61,472 bases of DNA, from positions 1 through 61,472 of the forward strand of contig JBKBYA010000005.1 in assembly GCA_046313635.1 (NCBI GenBank), in the 5' to 3' direction. The stretch is from Pyrinomonadaceae bacterium. GTDB lineage: Bacteria > Acidobacteriota > Blastocatellia > Pyrinomonadales > Pyrinomonadaceae. The notes below the pieces were generated by a model. It was not told the origin of the DNA and did not search any database. It saw nothing but the letters and a program-made list of their open reading frames with translations. Positions 1 to 9,790 of this stretch are shown piece after piece; within the stretch, counting starts at the first letter, position 1; every line of letters begins with the position of its first letter. Made by a program: the position numbers and the translations under genes.

Positions 1-67
1 CTTAGTCCCCCGCTCCCGACGCGCGCTCAAAGTGTCGAAACAATCGGCTTATCTCTAGTTGACCTTT

Positions 68-532
68 TCATGAATAATCGCCCTCGACCGGATCGTCGCC
101 ATTCTGCCCGAAAGTAGCGATCGTCGGTTGACCATTCGATCCTCCGAGCACGTACCAGACGCCGCTCGACGGCCGCCATACGGCGAGATCGGCAGGCGGG
201 GCCGCATTCGCGTTTGCATCCTCGACCGCCAGCAGACGCGAGCCGGCGTAGATGTACTCTTTGGAGAGCTGCGGCGTCGGTGTCGGTAATGCGGACGAGG
301 AGAAGGTTCGCTGCCAAAACGATGTGTCTTCACCACGCAGTTGACCGCCCGCTGACGCAGACGGTTCTGACCCGAACCAGCCGGTCCGCTTGCCGCTTAC
401 CGGATCGGTCGAAGGCAGCCAACCGTTGCGCGCAAATACACCGAAAACGACGGTCGTGACCAGAGCAAGCGCGGCGAGCCAACGGAAAAGCTTTTGGCGC
501 TTTCCGCCCGATGAGAGCACACGAAGGATCAT
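68..532 (-). CDS. Membrane-anchored hypothetical protein with the start of an FG-GAP/VCBS-like repeat; probably truncated at the window edge
   Basis: N-terminal hydrophobic segment (WLAALALVTTVVFGVF). ADLAVWRPSSGVWY...FGQNGDDPVEGDY resembles an FG-GAP-like repeat, and the ORF stops where GDYDGDG would be expected. Start placed at MILRV. Confidence 0.5.
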   Translation of the reverse strand: MILRVLSSGGKRQKLFRWLAALALVTTVVFGVFARNGWLPSTDPVSGKRTGWFGSEPSASAGGQLRGEDTSFWQRTFSSSALPTPTPQLSKEYIYAGSRLLAVEDANANAAPPADLAVWRPSSGVWYVLGGSNGQPTIATFGQNGDDPVEGDYS

Positions 533-737
533 TATGGGAATCTCCTTTTTCTTTCTTAAGCGGCGATACTGCTGACCGGCTTGGGAATTTACAGATCGAA
601 CAACGTGGACCGAATGGTCAATCTGAATGTGTGCGAAGAATATAAAACACCCCCCCCCCCCGCTGTAAAGAACTTTTTTCGCGTCGCTAGTTCTTTGATC
701 CACGCTAAACGTCAAGATCGTGTCCGTGATCGAGGGG

Positions 738-1190
738 TCACCGGGCGGGATAGAGATGATATAGCATCAGGTAAACGACGACGCCGGTCACGGCGACGTA
801 GAGCCAGACGGGGTAGACGAGGCGGGCGAGTTTGCGGTGGCGTTCGAAGTCGGTGCCGAGAGCGCGACGAAGTGTGACGATGATGAACGGAGCGACGAGG
901 GCCGCGAGCACGGTGTGCGATGTGAGGATCGTGAAGTAGATCGGCCGTGCGAGGCCTTCGCCGGTAAAGCGCGTCGGGCCGAGGCCGAAGTAGTACGTCC
1001 GCAGCGCGTGATGCGAGAGATAGCTGACCAGAAACAGCGCCGACAGAGTGCAGGCCGTGAGCATGCAGGCCCGATGCCTGGCGATGTCGCGGCGGCGAAT
1101 GATGTACGAAAAGCCGAGGACCAAAAAGAAGCTGCTGAGCGCGTTGAGCCCGGCGTTCAGGTGCGGAAAGATCGAGAGCAGATTCTCCAT
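738..1190 (-). CDS. DUF420 family membrane protein
   Basis: LNAxLN, HRxCM, FLVSYL, ILTSHTVLA, HRKLAR and WLYVAVTGVVVY motifs; follows cox3. Confidence 0.85.
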   Translation of the reverse strand: MENLLSIFPHLNAGLNALSSFFLVLGFSYIIRRRDIARHRACMLTACTLSALFLVSYLSHHALRTYYFGLGPTRFTGEGLARPIYFTILTSHTVLAALVAPFIIVTLRRALGTDFERHRKLARLVYPVWLYVAVTGVVVYLMLYHLYPAR

Positions 1191-1205
1191 CGAAAAAAGA
1201 AGAGT

Positions 1206-1934
1206 CTATTTCCAGAAGCCCAGCAGCACAAAGAGCACGATCCACACCGCGTCCATAAAGTGCCAGTACCAGCCGACCGTCTGGCCGAGCGTCTGCAGCC
1301 GCGGCCAGTCGCTCTCGGCGACGCGCGGGTCCCACGCCCTGAGCAGCACGGCGCCGAGAGCGACGATGCCGCCGATCACATGCAGGGCGTGAATGCCCGT
1401 CAGGACATAAAAGAAGCCCGCGTACGGATTGCCCGAAAAGTAAAATCCGCGGCCCTGCAGCTCGATCCACGCGAGCATCTGCGACGCAATGAAGGCAGCC
1501 CCGAGCACAGACGTCGCGACGAGCCAGCGTCGTGCCGCCGGCTGGTCTTCGCGCTGAATGTGCGCATTCGCAAATTGATAGGTTAGGCTGCTCGCGAGGA
1601 TCAGGATCGTGCTGATCCAAACCGGTATCGGCAGCTCAAACGGCCGCCATTCGATCGCGCGGTTGGTCGAGATGACGACGTACGCCGCGGCGAGCCCGCC
1701 GAAGGTCATCGTCACGACCAGCAGCAAAAATACGGTGACGATCCGCGGCTTGTTGTTTGAGAGGTCGCGGTCGAGCCGGCTGTCGTCGTCGCTTCGCGGA
1801 CCGTCGCCGCCGTCGCCGCCATTCCCGCCGCGACCGCCATTCTTCGGCCCGCCGCCCGAGCCCGTGAGACTCGAACGTCGTCTTGACTTGCCGCTCTCGG
1901 TCTCGGCGAGCGGCTCGAGAGTTCCGATCTCCAT
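1206..1934 (-). CDS. Cytochrome c oxidase subunit III family protein
   Basis: FFYVLTGIHALHVIGG and WYWHFMDAVWIVLF motifs. Confidence 0.9.
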   Translation of the reverse strand: MEIGTLEPLAETESGKSRRRSSLTGSGGGPKNGGRGGNGGDGGDGPRSDDDSRLDRDLSNNKPRIVTVFLLLVVTMTFGGLAAAYVVISTNRAIEWRPFELPIPVWISTILILASSLTYQFANAHIQREDQPAARRWLVATSVLGAAFIASQMLAWIELQGRGFYFSGNPYAGFFYVLTGIHALHVIGGIVALGAVLLRAWDPRVAESDWPRLQTLGQTVGWYWHFMDAVWIVLFVLLGFWK

Positions 1935-1937
1935 AAG

Positions 1938-2864
1938 TTAAAGCTTGTCGGCGACCATCAGCACAAACAGCAGCGGCAGGTAGATCACCGACACGAGCAA
2001 AAGCGAACGGGCGTCGCGATCCGACTTGGAACGCGCCGCTCGCACGCTCGCGTACAAGAACCCGATGCCGAGCAGCAGCGCGCCTGCCAAATACATTGTG
2101 CCCGTCAGTCCGAAGAATGTCGGCGCGAGGCTGACCGGCACGAGCATGATCGTGAACATCACGATCTGCCGCGCGGTTATGCGTCCCTCGGGCTCGACCA
2201 CCGGCAGCATCTTGATTCCGGCTTTTGCGTACTGCTCGCGGTACATCCAGGCGATCGCCAAAAAATGCGGGAACTGCCACAGGAACTGCATCACAAACAG
2301 TGCCCATGCCGTGATGCTGATCTGATCGGCCGCGGCCGTCCAGCCCATCAGCGGCGGCAGCGCTCCCGGTATCGCGCCGACGGCGGTCGAAACGGACGTT
2401 CGCGTCTTCATCGGCGTGTACATCAGCACGTATCCGACGATGACCAGCAGCCCGAGCAGAGCGGTCAGCGGATTGACGAGAAACAAAATGTACAGCTCGG
2501 CCGCGACGCACTGCGCAATGCCGAAAATGAGTGCTTCCCTGGGCGTCACGCGTCCCGTCGGCAGCGGCCGTCGTGCCGTTCGCTCCATCAGCATATCGAG
2601 GTCGCGCTCGATGAACTGGTTGAGCGTCGCCACGCCGAAAGCGAGCAGCGTGATGCCGATCATCGCATTCAAAAAGCGGACGTAATCGACCTCGGCCCCG
2701 GAGCCGAGGTAAAAGCCCGCCGCAGACGTGAGCACAAGCAGGAAGGCGATGCGCGGTTTTGTAAGTTCTATAAAGGCCGTCAGTCGATTGCCCTGTGAGG
2801 CGGCGGCGTCAACCGCGGCCGCTGCAGAGGGCATCTCCTTGACCTCGGCGGTAGCTGTATCCAT
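1938..2864 (-). CDS. ctaB: Protoheme IX farnesyltransferase (heme o synthase)
   Basis: LTKPRI, NQFIERDLDMLMERTARRPLPTG, GAIPGALPPLMGW and WQFPHF motifs; start placed at MDTAT. Confidence 0.95.
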   Translation of the reverse strand: MDTATAEVKEMPSAAAAVDAAASQGNRLTAFIELTKPRIAFLLVLTSAAGFYLGSGAEVDYVRFLNAMIGITLLAFGVATLNQFIERDLDMLMERTARRPLPTGRVTPREALIFGIAQCVAAELYILFLVNPLTALLGLLVIVGYVLMYTPMKTRTSVSTAVGAIPGALPPLMGWTAAADQISITAWALFVMQFLWQFPHFLAIAWMYREQYAKAGIKMLPVVEPEGRITARQIVMFTIMLVPVSLAPTFFGLTGTMYLAGALLLGIGFLYASVRAARSKSDRDARSLLLVSVIYLPLLFVLMVADKL

Positions 2865-3045
2865 CAGTCGATAAAAGTGCGTCAAGATCGGACCAAAGCG
2901 TAACATCTAGAATAGCCTTGCGAACTTGTTTTTCAAAGCTGTTCGGCATCACGGCGACTGCTCCGGATCGTGAACTCGACTAATTTTTAGCGGTGTGACA
3001 AACAATTTTCGGTGATATATCCTTTAGCTTGCCCCGAGTCAGCCA

Positions 3046-4560
3046 ATGTCCGTCGCAGAAGAGACAATCAAGCCAAAAGAGGCGTTCAAGCCAAAAAGTG
3101 CGCCGCTCGTCAATCGTTCGCTGGACTTCTTGAGTTCGGTCAGGTTCGGTGTCGTGCTGCTCTGCACTCTCGTCGTCCTGTCGATGGTCGGCATGCTCGT
3201 AATGCAGCAGAACGTCGACGGCTTCGATGCCTACTACGTTTCGCTGACGCCGGCTGAGCGGACGGTTTACGGTACGCTCGGCATCTTTGACATTTATCAC
3301 AGCTGGTACTTCAACGCCCTGCTTCTCGTCCTCTCGCTTAATATCATTCTCGCGTCGATCGATCATTGGGAGCCGATGTGGAAGCAGTTCTTTTCGCGCC
3401 CCAAGCTGACCGCGACCGCGGGCTGGCTGCTCAATCGCCGCGAGAAGGCCGAGCTCGATGCGGAGGGCGACACGGCGACAAAGGCGTCGGCGATCGAAAA
3501 GGTCTTCAAAGAGCAGGGCCTGAAGACGCGCGTCACCGAGACGGCGGACGCGACGTTCGTTTTTGGCGAGCGCGGACGCATCAATCGTCTCGGGGCGTAC
3601 ATCGTCCACGTCACGCTCCTGACCTTGTTTCTCGGGCACTTCGTCGCGCTGCAGACGGGTTTTGACGCGACCGTGAGGATGTTTCCAGGTGAGACGACCG
3701 ACCAGATCCAGATGATCCAGTTCGAGCTTGATCGAAAGGAGCTCTACAACGTCCAGCTTCCCTTTTCGATCGAGTGCACAGACATTCAGCAAACGCTGGT
3801 CGATCCGCGGGGCGGCATCGACGTGACGAATACGCTCGACTGGCGGACGCAGGTTAGGATCAACGATCCCGAGTACGGCGTGACCACCGCCGACATCAGT
3901 CTCAACAAGCCCTTCAGCTATCGAGGCTATCGATTCTTTCAGGCGCAGACGATTCCCGTTGGCAACGCCCGCAGCATCACGCTCGATCTCATTCCGCAGA
4001 ATGGCGGCGAGCCGGTCAGGCTCGAGATACCGCGCGGCGGCTCGGCGCAGATGGCCGACGGCACAAAGGTCGACTTTCAGCAGTTCGTGCCGGATTTCAC
4101 GTTCGGCCCGAACGGCCAGCCCGACACGCGTTCGGCCGATTACAACAATCCGGCCGCGGTACTTGCCGTCACGCCTCCGGGCGGCGAGGCGGTCCGCGTT
4201 TTCGCTTTTGCATCGAAGCTCGCCGACAACATCCCGGTCGGAGCGCCGAAGCTCGGCTACAAATGGCGTCTGGCCGACTTTGAAAAGTCGCCGACCGCTC
4301 ACGTGCTCTCGATCAAGTACGACCCGTACAACGGCGCTTTTATCGCCTGGTATTTTGGCGGCTTTGGTCTGATCGGCGCGCTTTGTTTCGTTTTCTTTCT
4401 CTCGCACCGCCGCGTCTGGGCCCGGATCGAGAAAGATTCGGGAAGGATCGTGCTTGCCGGCGACGCAAATCGAAATCACGTCGCATTCCACGATAAGTTC
4501 GAGAAGATCGTCGAGAAGCTCGAGGCTCTCGGTTTAAGAAGATATGGAAGAAGTCACTAA
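3046..4560 (+). CDS. resB: Cytochrome c biogenesis protein ResB/CcsB (system II)
   Basis: FLSSVRFGVVLL, DIYHSWYF, GAYIVH and ISLNKPFSYRGYRFFQ motifs; overlaps ccsA. Confidence 0.9.
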   Translation: MSVAEETIKPKEAFKPKSAPLVNRSLDFLSSVRFGVVLLCTLVVLSMVGMLVMQQNVDGFDAYYVSLTPAERTVYGTLGIFDIYHSWYFNALLLVLSLNIILASIDHWEPMWKQFFSRPKLTATAGWLLNRREKAELDAEGDTATKASAIEKVFKEQGLKTRVTETADATFVFGERGRINRLGAYIVHVTLLTLFLGHFVALQTGFDATVRMFPGETTDQIQMIQFELDRKELYNVQLPFSIECTDIQQTLVDPRGGIDVTNTLDWRTQVRINDPEYGVTTADISLNKPFSYRGYRFFQAQTIPVGNARSITLDLIPQNGGEPVRLEIPRGGSAQMADGTKVDFQQFVPDFTFGPNGQPDTRSADYNNPAAVLAVTPPGGEAVRVFAFASKLADNIPVGAPKLGYKWRLADFEKSPTAHVLSIKYDPYNGAFIAWYFGGFGLIGALCFVFFLSHRRVWARIEKDSGRIVLAGDANRNHVAFHDKFEKIVEKLEALGLRRYGRSH

Positions 4561-6178
4561 ATTGGGAAGCGAAGTTTTCTCCCGAGGTGAGGCCGCCGTC
4601 GACGACCGCTCAAAAGGCGCGCTCTCGTACCTGCCGGTGATACTTGTCGTCGCCGGATCGCTTGCGCTCACGGCGGCGCGTGTCGAGATGGGCCCGCGAT
4701 TCATCTCGGACGGGGCCCTGATGATGCTCGCTCTCGCGTGCTACATCCTCGGAGCGCTGTTTGAGCTGACCAATCTCTACGCGCCCTCGGGGATGGCGCG
4801 AAAGATCGGGTACGCATCGGCGGTGCTCGGTGTGTTCTTTAATCTCTCGAGCTGGCTCGTCCGCTGGGTCGCGGGCTACGAGCGCGAGATCGCGATACTG
4901 CGCGAGAGCGGCAACGACCAGTCGCCTTGGATCTTTCGCTATATTCCTTTTGCTAATCTGTACGATCTGAGCGTGGCGTTCGCGTTCGGTGCCGGACTTG
5001 CGACGCTTTTGCTTGCGCGGCGAAAGAACTTTCGCATTCTCGCCGCATTCAGCCTGCCGCTCGCGGCACTGATCCTGACGTTGGCGCGATTCATCGGCAA
5101 CGAATTCGTAGATCTGCCGCCGGTGCTCGATTCGTACTGGCGGCCGATCCACGTCGGCGTCGCGAGCCTGAGCTACGGCGTGGCGCTGGTCTGCTTTGCC
5201 GTCGCGGTGATCTACCTGGTCAAAGACCGCGTAAAGGTCGAGTCGCTGGCGATCTGGTCGAGCGCCTTCGGCGTGGCGGTGATCGCGACGATCAGCAAGT
5301 TTTCGGTATTTACCGAGCTGATCTATCGCGCGGGGCTGTTTGTTCCGGGTGCAAATGGCGGCAAGCCTTTTAACGCTCCCTTCCGTCTCGACATTCCCGG
5401 GGCGGGCGTCGCCCTGGCGTTGACGGGGCTGCTCCTGCTCGGCGTGATCGCGGCGTATCTAATGTACATTTACAAGAACAGCGAGTCTGCCAAGCGTGCC
5501 GGCGACGTTTTGCTCAAGGTCGCTCTCGTCGCTCAGCTCGCGTCGATCGCCCTGCTTGCATATGGCATCAAGACGACGACCGACGTTTTGCCAAAGCTCC
5601 AGGCCCAGCTGGCGGCCTCGCCGTCCCAGCTCACCGTCGCCGGCAACGCCATCGCCGAAAAGCAGCAGCTCACCGCGGCCGAATTGCGGGCACTGACGCC
5701 GGCGCAAAAAGACCAGATGGCGCAGATGTATCTCAGAAACAACGGGCAGTCGATGTTTCTCAGCCTCAACGCCAATCCGGTCGAGCTCGCGGCGCTGATC
5801 ACGGCCGCCGTGGCGACATTCTTTGTCCTCGTCTTTTCGTTCCGCACCGAAAGGCTCATCGAGCGCCTGCCTAGTCTCGAGTCGCTCGACAGCCTGATGT
5901 ACAAGACGGCTTGTCTCGCTTTTGCCGGGCTCGCGATGCTGCTCATAACGGGAGCGATCTGGGCGAACGAATCGTGGGGCCGCCCGTGGGGATTCGACTC
6001 GAAGGAGACCGGGGCCCTCGTCGCGTGGCTCACCTACGCCGCGTTTCTCCACACGCGGATCTCGCGCGGCTGGAAGGGCCGCAGTTCGGCGTACTTTGCG
6101 ATACTCGGATTCCTGCTCGTGATCTTTACGTATCTCGGTGTGAGCTATCTGCTGCCGGGGCTTCACAGCTACGCGTAG
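4544..6178 (+). CDS. ccsA: Cytochrome c biogenesis protein CcsA/ResC
   Basis: PFANLYD, LDSYWRPIHV, GAIWANESWGRPWGFDSKE, C-terminal GLHSYA. Confidence 0.92.
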   Translation: MEEVTKLGSEVFSRGEAAVDDRSKGALSYLPVILVVAGSLALTAARVEMGPRFISDGALMMLALACYILGALFELTNLYAPSGMARKIGYASAVLGVFFNLSSWLVRWVAGYEREIAILRESGNDQSPWIFRYIPFANLYDLSVAFAFGAGLATLLLARRKNFRILAAFSLPLAALILTLARFIGNEFVDLPPVLDSYWRPIHVGVASLSYGVALVCFAVAVIYLVKDRVKVESLAIWSSAFGVAVIATISKFSVFTELIYRAGLFVPGANGGKPFNAPFRLDIPGAGVALALTGLLLLGVIAAYLMYIYKNSESAKRAGDVLLKVALVAQLASIALLAYGIKTTTDVLPKLQAQLAASPSQLTVAGNAIAEKQQLTAAELRALTPAQKDQMAQMYLRNNGQSMFLSLNANPVELAALITAAVATFFVLVFSFRTERLIERLPSLESLDSLMYKTACLAFAGLAMLLITGAIWANESWGRPWGFDSKETGALVAWLTYAAFLHTRISRGWKGRSSAYFAILGFLLVIFTYLGVSYLLPGLHSYA

Positions 6179-6197
6179 AGAGCACCGGATAGAAATG

Positions 6198-6225
6198 AAG
6201 AGGCCGTCCGAATGGGCGGCCTCTT
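6198..6225. terminator. Hairpin between convergent genes (probable terminator)
   Basis: AAGAGGCCGTCC-GAAT-GGGCGGCCTCTT with A/T-rich flanks. Confidence 0.65.
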
Positions 6226-6349
6226 ATTCATTTGGCCGGTCGATCGCTTGATCGTCCTTTCAAGGACTACCGCAAACCTTCGAACGAAGCAAAAGCGAAT
6301 CCGCACGAAGAAGCCTGCCGGAGGCGAGCCGCCGCTATGAATCTACACT

Positions 6350-7447
6350 CTATTCGACCGTTACGCGTGCGACCTCGGCGATGGGAAAGCGGTATATCCG
6401 GCCGTCCTTCGAGACGATCGTGAGGCTGCCGTGGTCGACGGTGAAACGCAGCACCTCGGTCATCGGCCGCTCGACGCGCCGGCCGTCCTTAAAAACTACG
6501 ACCAGTCTGACGTCGGCAAGCGGATCGGCCGGGACGTCCTTTTCTTTCGCTTTGCTGGGACTCTCCGATCTCGTATTCTCGGCTCGCGTCTCCGACTTTT
6601 CCGCGGGCGGAGCTCCGACCGGCGGCGATGACGAACGGCGGGGCGGATTGGCCCGCGCCGGGCTGCGCGGCGGGCGGACCGCAGCATTCGGCGTCGTCGA
6701 GCTCGGCGGCGGAGCTTCAGCGGGCGCGGATGTTGGCCGTTCGCCGGACGTCGTCGTCTCGCTCGCACGATCGCGACGCGGCGGCGCGGTGGGCCCCGGC
6801 GTATTCGACGACGCCGTCTCTGTCGGCGTAGGCGTCGGGCGCGGGCGGCGTTCGATGATGGTACCGACCGAATTGACGCGGATGCCCGAGTCGTTATCTG
6901 TCTTGACCTCGGGCAGTTTCGGCTCCTGCGGAGCAGGCTGCGACGACGCGACAAAGCTGCCCGCGAATTTGATCCTGAATGTCGCAGGATCGTCATTGGG
7001 CGTGCGTCCCTCGATCCTCAATATCACACGCTCGGGCTTGCGAAAATAGACGACGCGTCCGGTCTCGCCGTCCTCCACGTCGGCAAACATCACCATTCGC
7101 GTCAGCAGCCGCAGGCCGTCTGCCGTAAAGAGATCGATATTGCCGTTGAGATTCTTGGTCGCGACGTTGACAAAGAGATCGCCCTGGGCCGCGTCGAATG
7201 TGAAGTAGTAGCTCGTCGTTCGCGGGTCGCCTATGTCTCGGGCCCTGATCGAGCCCGCGATCTCGCTCGTCGTGATCGGCGTCGGGAACTCGATGCTCGT
7301 CGACTGTGCGGACGCGAAACCGGTCAGCACTGCGGCGGCGATCAGGGCAAAGACCGCCTGCCCGAGCGAACGGGGACGGACGCGCGGCGCCCGTTCAATC
7401 AAGTTCCTTTCGCAGGTGTACGAGTCGTGAGGTTTCTTCATAACCAA
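6350..7447 (-). CDS. Secreted hypothetical protein with Pro/Ser/Thr-rich linker
   Basis: Signal-peptide-like ALIAAAVLTGFASAQ, a beta-rich domain, a low-complexity linker and a small C-terminal domain; true start uncertain. Confidence 0.7.
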   Translation of the reverse strand: MVMKKPHDSYTCERNLIERAPRVRPRSLGQAVFALIAAAVLTGFASAQSTSIEFPTPITTSEIAGSIRARDIGDPRTTSYYFTFDAAQGDLFVNVATKNLNGNIDLFTADGLRLLTRMVMFADVEDGETGRVVYFRKPERVILRIEGRTPNDDPATFRIKFAGSFVASSQPAPQEPKLPEVKTDNDSGIRVNSVGTIIERRPRPTPTPTETASSNTPGPTAPPRRDRASETTTSGERPTSAPAEAPPPSSTTPNAAVRPPRSPARANPPRRSSSPPVGAPPAEKSETRAENTRSESPSKAKEKDVPADPLADVRLVVVFKDGRRVERPMTEVLRFTVDHGSLTIVSKDGRIYRFPIAEVARVTVE

Positions 7448-7853
7448 GCCGGAGATGCGCTTCGATGCTGACGGAGTTGTCGATCTCGGCGTCCGAAGCC
7501 ATTTCCGCGCAGCCGTTCATACGGGCCCACTCTTCGGCCGCGGCGACCAGCCCGCGACCGATCCCGCGCCGCCGGTACTCGGGGGCGACGAACCAACCTT
7601 CGAGATAACCGACGTGATCGCTGTCGCAGTCTTCGACAAAGGGTCTGATGCTCGCCTCTAGAAAGCCCGCAAGACGGCCTTCGCCGAGGTCGGCCACCAG
7701 CACGAGCTGCGAGTTTCCGTGCTCGAGGATGTCGAGCATCTCGGATTTGTGATCGTGTTCGCTGGTGTTGTCCCAGAGCTGGCCTCTCAGTCGAAACCAC
7801 TCTTCGATATCATCTTCGCTAAGCGGACGGATGACTATTTGCGGGCCGGTCAT
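7395..7853 (-). CDS. GNAT acetyltransferase, AAC(6')-I-like
   Basis: YLEGWFVAPEYRRRGIG...GCAEMASDAEIDN...HLRLGYEET pattern typical of the AAC(6')-I family; start placed at MTGPQ. Confidence 0.8.
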   Translation of the reverse strand: MTGPQIVIRPLSEDDIEEWFRLRGQLWDNTSEHDHKSEMLDILEHGNSQLVLVADLGEGRLAGFLEASIRPFVEDCDSDHVGYLEGWFVAPEYRRRGIGRGLVAAAEEWARMNGCAEMASDAEIDNSVSIEAHLRLGYEETSRLVHLRKELD

Positions 7854-7894
7854 TTGAGACCTGATTGTAACAGCGGGCAAATATCGCGGCAATC

Positions 7895-7923
7895 GAAAAG
7901 GCCGGCGAAAGAGCCGGCCTTCG
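7895..7923 (-). terminator. Intrinsic terminator after the S41 peptidase
   Basis: AGGCCGGC-GAAAGA-GCCGGCCT stem with a T-run on the minus strand. Confidence 0.6.
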
Positions 7924-7944
7924 GTCAAGGATCGCAGAGCTCGG

Positions 7945-9249
7945 TCACGCGCCGGCCTTAGCGGCCGAGGCCGAGTCTTTCTGCAGTATCTCGATCGCCT
8001 TCTTGAGCTGCACGTCCTCGGCGGCCGGCTTCTTGGTCTCGAGCTTGACCGGGGGCGTCGCCGACGGCTGCGGCTCCTGCGATTGTTCCTTCTGGCGGTC
8101 GATGAGCTCTTCGACCTCGATCGGCTCCGGCGTGTCCGGACGCTTGACCTCGACCGACGGCTTCACGCCCATCGACGCCCGATCGTCGCCGAGAAAAGGC
8201 GTACCGTTCGGCGAGGCCCATTTTGCGGTCGTCAGAAGCAGGCCGTCGCCGCCGCGCAGGGTAAAGAGCTTTTGTTCGGTGCCGGCGCCGAAGCTCCGCT
8301 CGCCGACGACCTCGCCGCGCTTGCGGTCGAGCACGGCAGCAGCGACGACTTCGCCCGGACCGGCGGTGCCGAGATCGATCAGCACAGCAAGACCGCCGTC
8401 AAAGACGTGCTTTGCCGGGTCGGCGGCAAAAGACTTGCTCTCCTTGCCGACGATCTTTGCAAGCTCGCCGTCTCGGATAAAAAGATTTGCCACGGCGACG
8501 GCCTCGCTGATCGGCCCGGTCGCCACGCCGCGCAGATCGAGGACGATCTTCTTGGCGCCCTGCTTGGTGAGATTCTGCAAGTGCGTTCGGATGTCGTTGG
8601 CTTCGCCGGTCTCGAGGCTGTACACCTTGATCACGCCGACGCTGCCGGCTTCGATACGCGAATCGACGGGCGGCGTCTTATACGTTCCTCTCGTGACCTT
8701 GATGACCTGCGGCTTCTCGCCCGGCCGCAGTACGCGGAGGCTGACCTGCGTTCCCGGCTCGCCGAAGATCAGTGCTTTAGAATCGAATAGCGAGATGTCT
8801 CTCGTGGCCCTGCCGTCGATGTACTCGATCACGTCGCCGGCCCTGATGCCGGCGGTGTCCGCCGGCGAGCCCTTGACGACCGAGACGACGTAAAGGTACG
8901 CCGACACCTCGCCAAACTCGGCGCCGATGCCGGCCTTTGTATTGAATTTCCCGGCCTGATAATCCTTGACCTGCTCGGCCGTCAGATACGACGAGTACGG
9001 GTCGAGCCCGCCGGCGAGACCGCGGAGCGCGCCGAGACGGACCTTTTCCATATTCGGGTCGTCGACGTAATCGTTCTGGATGTGCTGCAGGACCGACTCA
9101 AAGATCCGGAGCTGCGCTCCGGCGTCGTTGATCGGCTGCTGCGCCTGTGTGCTGAGGATCGCGCCGACCCACGGCATCGAGCCAACGAGCGCGTAGATCG
9201 CCAGCGCTCCGGAGATGACAAGGATCCAGGCTTTACCGCGGAATGACAT
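7945..9249 (-). CDS. Carboxy-terminal processing protease (S41 family, PDZ domain)
   Basis: LDPYSSYL, PDZ segment GSPADTAGIRAGDVI, IVLDLRG and VVGERSFGAG. The usual TASASE motif reads TAGPGE and GKG reads GAG, so it may be catalytically inactive. Confidence 0.85.
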   Translation of the reverse strand: MSFRGKAWILVISGALAIYALVGSMPWVGAILSTQAQQPINDAGAQLRIFESVLQHIQNDYVDDPNMEKVRLGALRGLAGGLDPYSSYLTAEQVKDYQAGKFNTKAGIGAEFGEVSAYLYVVSVVKGSPADTAGIRAGDVIEYIDGRATRDISLFDSKALIFGEPGTQVSLRVLRPGEKPQVIKVTRGTYKTPPVDSRIEAGSVGVIKVYSLETGEANDIRTHLQNLTKQGAKKIVLDLRGVATGPISEAVAVANLFIRDGELAKIVGKESKSFAADPAKHVFDGGLAVLIDLGTAGPGEVVAAAVLDRKRGEVVGERSFGAGTEQKLFTLRGGDGLLLTTAKWASPNGTPFLGDDRASMGVKPSVEVKRPDTPEPIEVEELIDRQKEQSQEPQPSATPPVKLETKKPAAEDVQLKKAIEILQKDSASAAKAGA

Positions 9250-9319
9250 ATAATACCTCGACGAAATGTTCAGGGCTTTGGGCCTTTCAGCCTCCAATTA
9301 TCTGTTAACGCAACCTGCC

Positions 9320-9781
9320 GTGCAAGAAAGTGTCCAGACAATTCCGACATCCTCGCTCCGCGGCCGCCGCATCGTCGCGATCGACCCCGGGACCCGCCGC
9401 TGCGGCGCTGCCGTATCGGACGAGCTGCACGTCACGATCCGGCGTCTGCCTTTCATCGAACGAACGAGCTGGAAGCGCCTGCTCACGGCCGTTGCGGGAC
9501 TTGTCGAGGAGTTCGATGCGGCGGCTCTCGTCATCGGTTTGCCGCTTAACACCGACGGCAGCGAAAGCGAGATGTCGGCCCACGCCCGCGATCTTGCCCG
9601 CAAATTCACGCTCTCGCTCAAAATTCCCGTTTACCTGCAGGACGAGCGCGTCACGAGCTACGAGGCGCGCGGCCGGCTCTGGGAAAGCGGGCTCTCACCG
9701 GAAAAGGCGCGCAAGATGGTCGATAGCGAGGCAGCGGCGATCATACTCGCCGACTTTTTAGATCGAATCTCCGTCAGGTAG
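9320..9781 (+). CDS. ruvX: Holliday junction resolvase-like / pre-16S rRNA nuclease RuvX (YqgF)
   Basis: IVAIDPGTRRCGAAVSD, VIGLP, QDERVTS and VDSEAAAIIL; start uncertain (GTG 9320 or ATG 9266). Confidence 0.92.
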   Translation: MQESVQTIPTSSLRGRRIVAIDPGTRRCGAAVSDELHVTIRRLPFIERTSWKRLLTAVAGLVEEFDAAALVIGLPLNTDGSESEMSAHARDLARKFTLSLKIPVYLQDERVTSYEARGRLWESGLSPEKARKMVDSEAAAIILADFLDRISVR

Positions 9782-9790
9782 CGACGCACG

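Noticed and set aside
1..730. Poly-C tract (650-661) as a phase-variation site, and the abrupt end of the FG-GAP-like ORF as a pseudogene
   Set aside because: Both lie near the window edge, where the sequence looks noisy; a sequencing or assembly artefact cannot be excluded without reads.
2980..4491. Long antisense ORFs (e.g. 2980-4491, 35191-36282, 42738-44078, 48609-49724)
   Set aside because: Shadows of well-supported genes on the opposite strand, expected in high-GC DNA.
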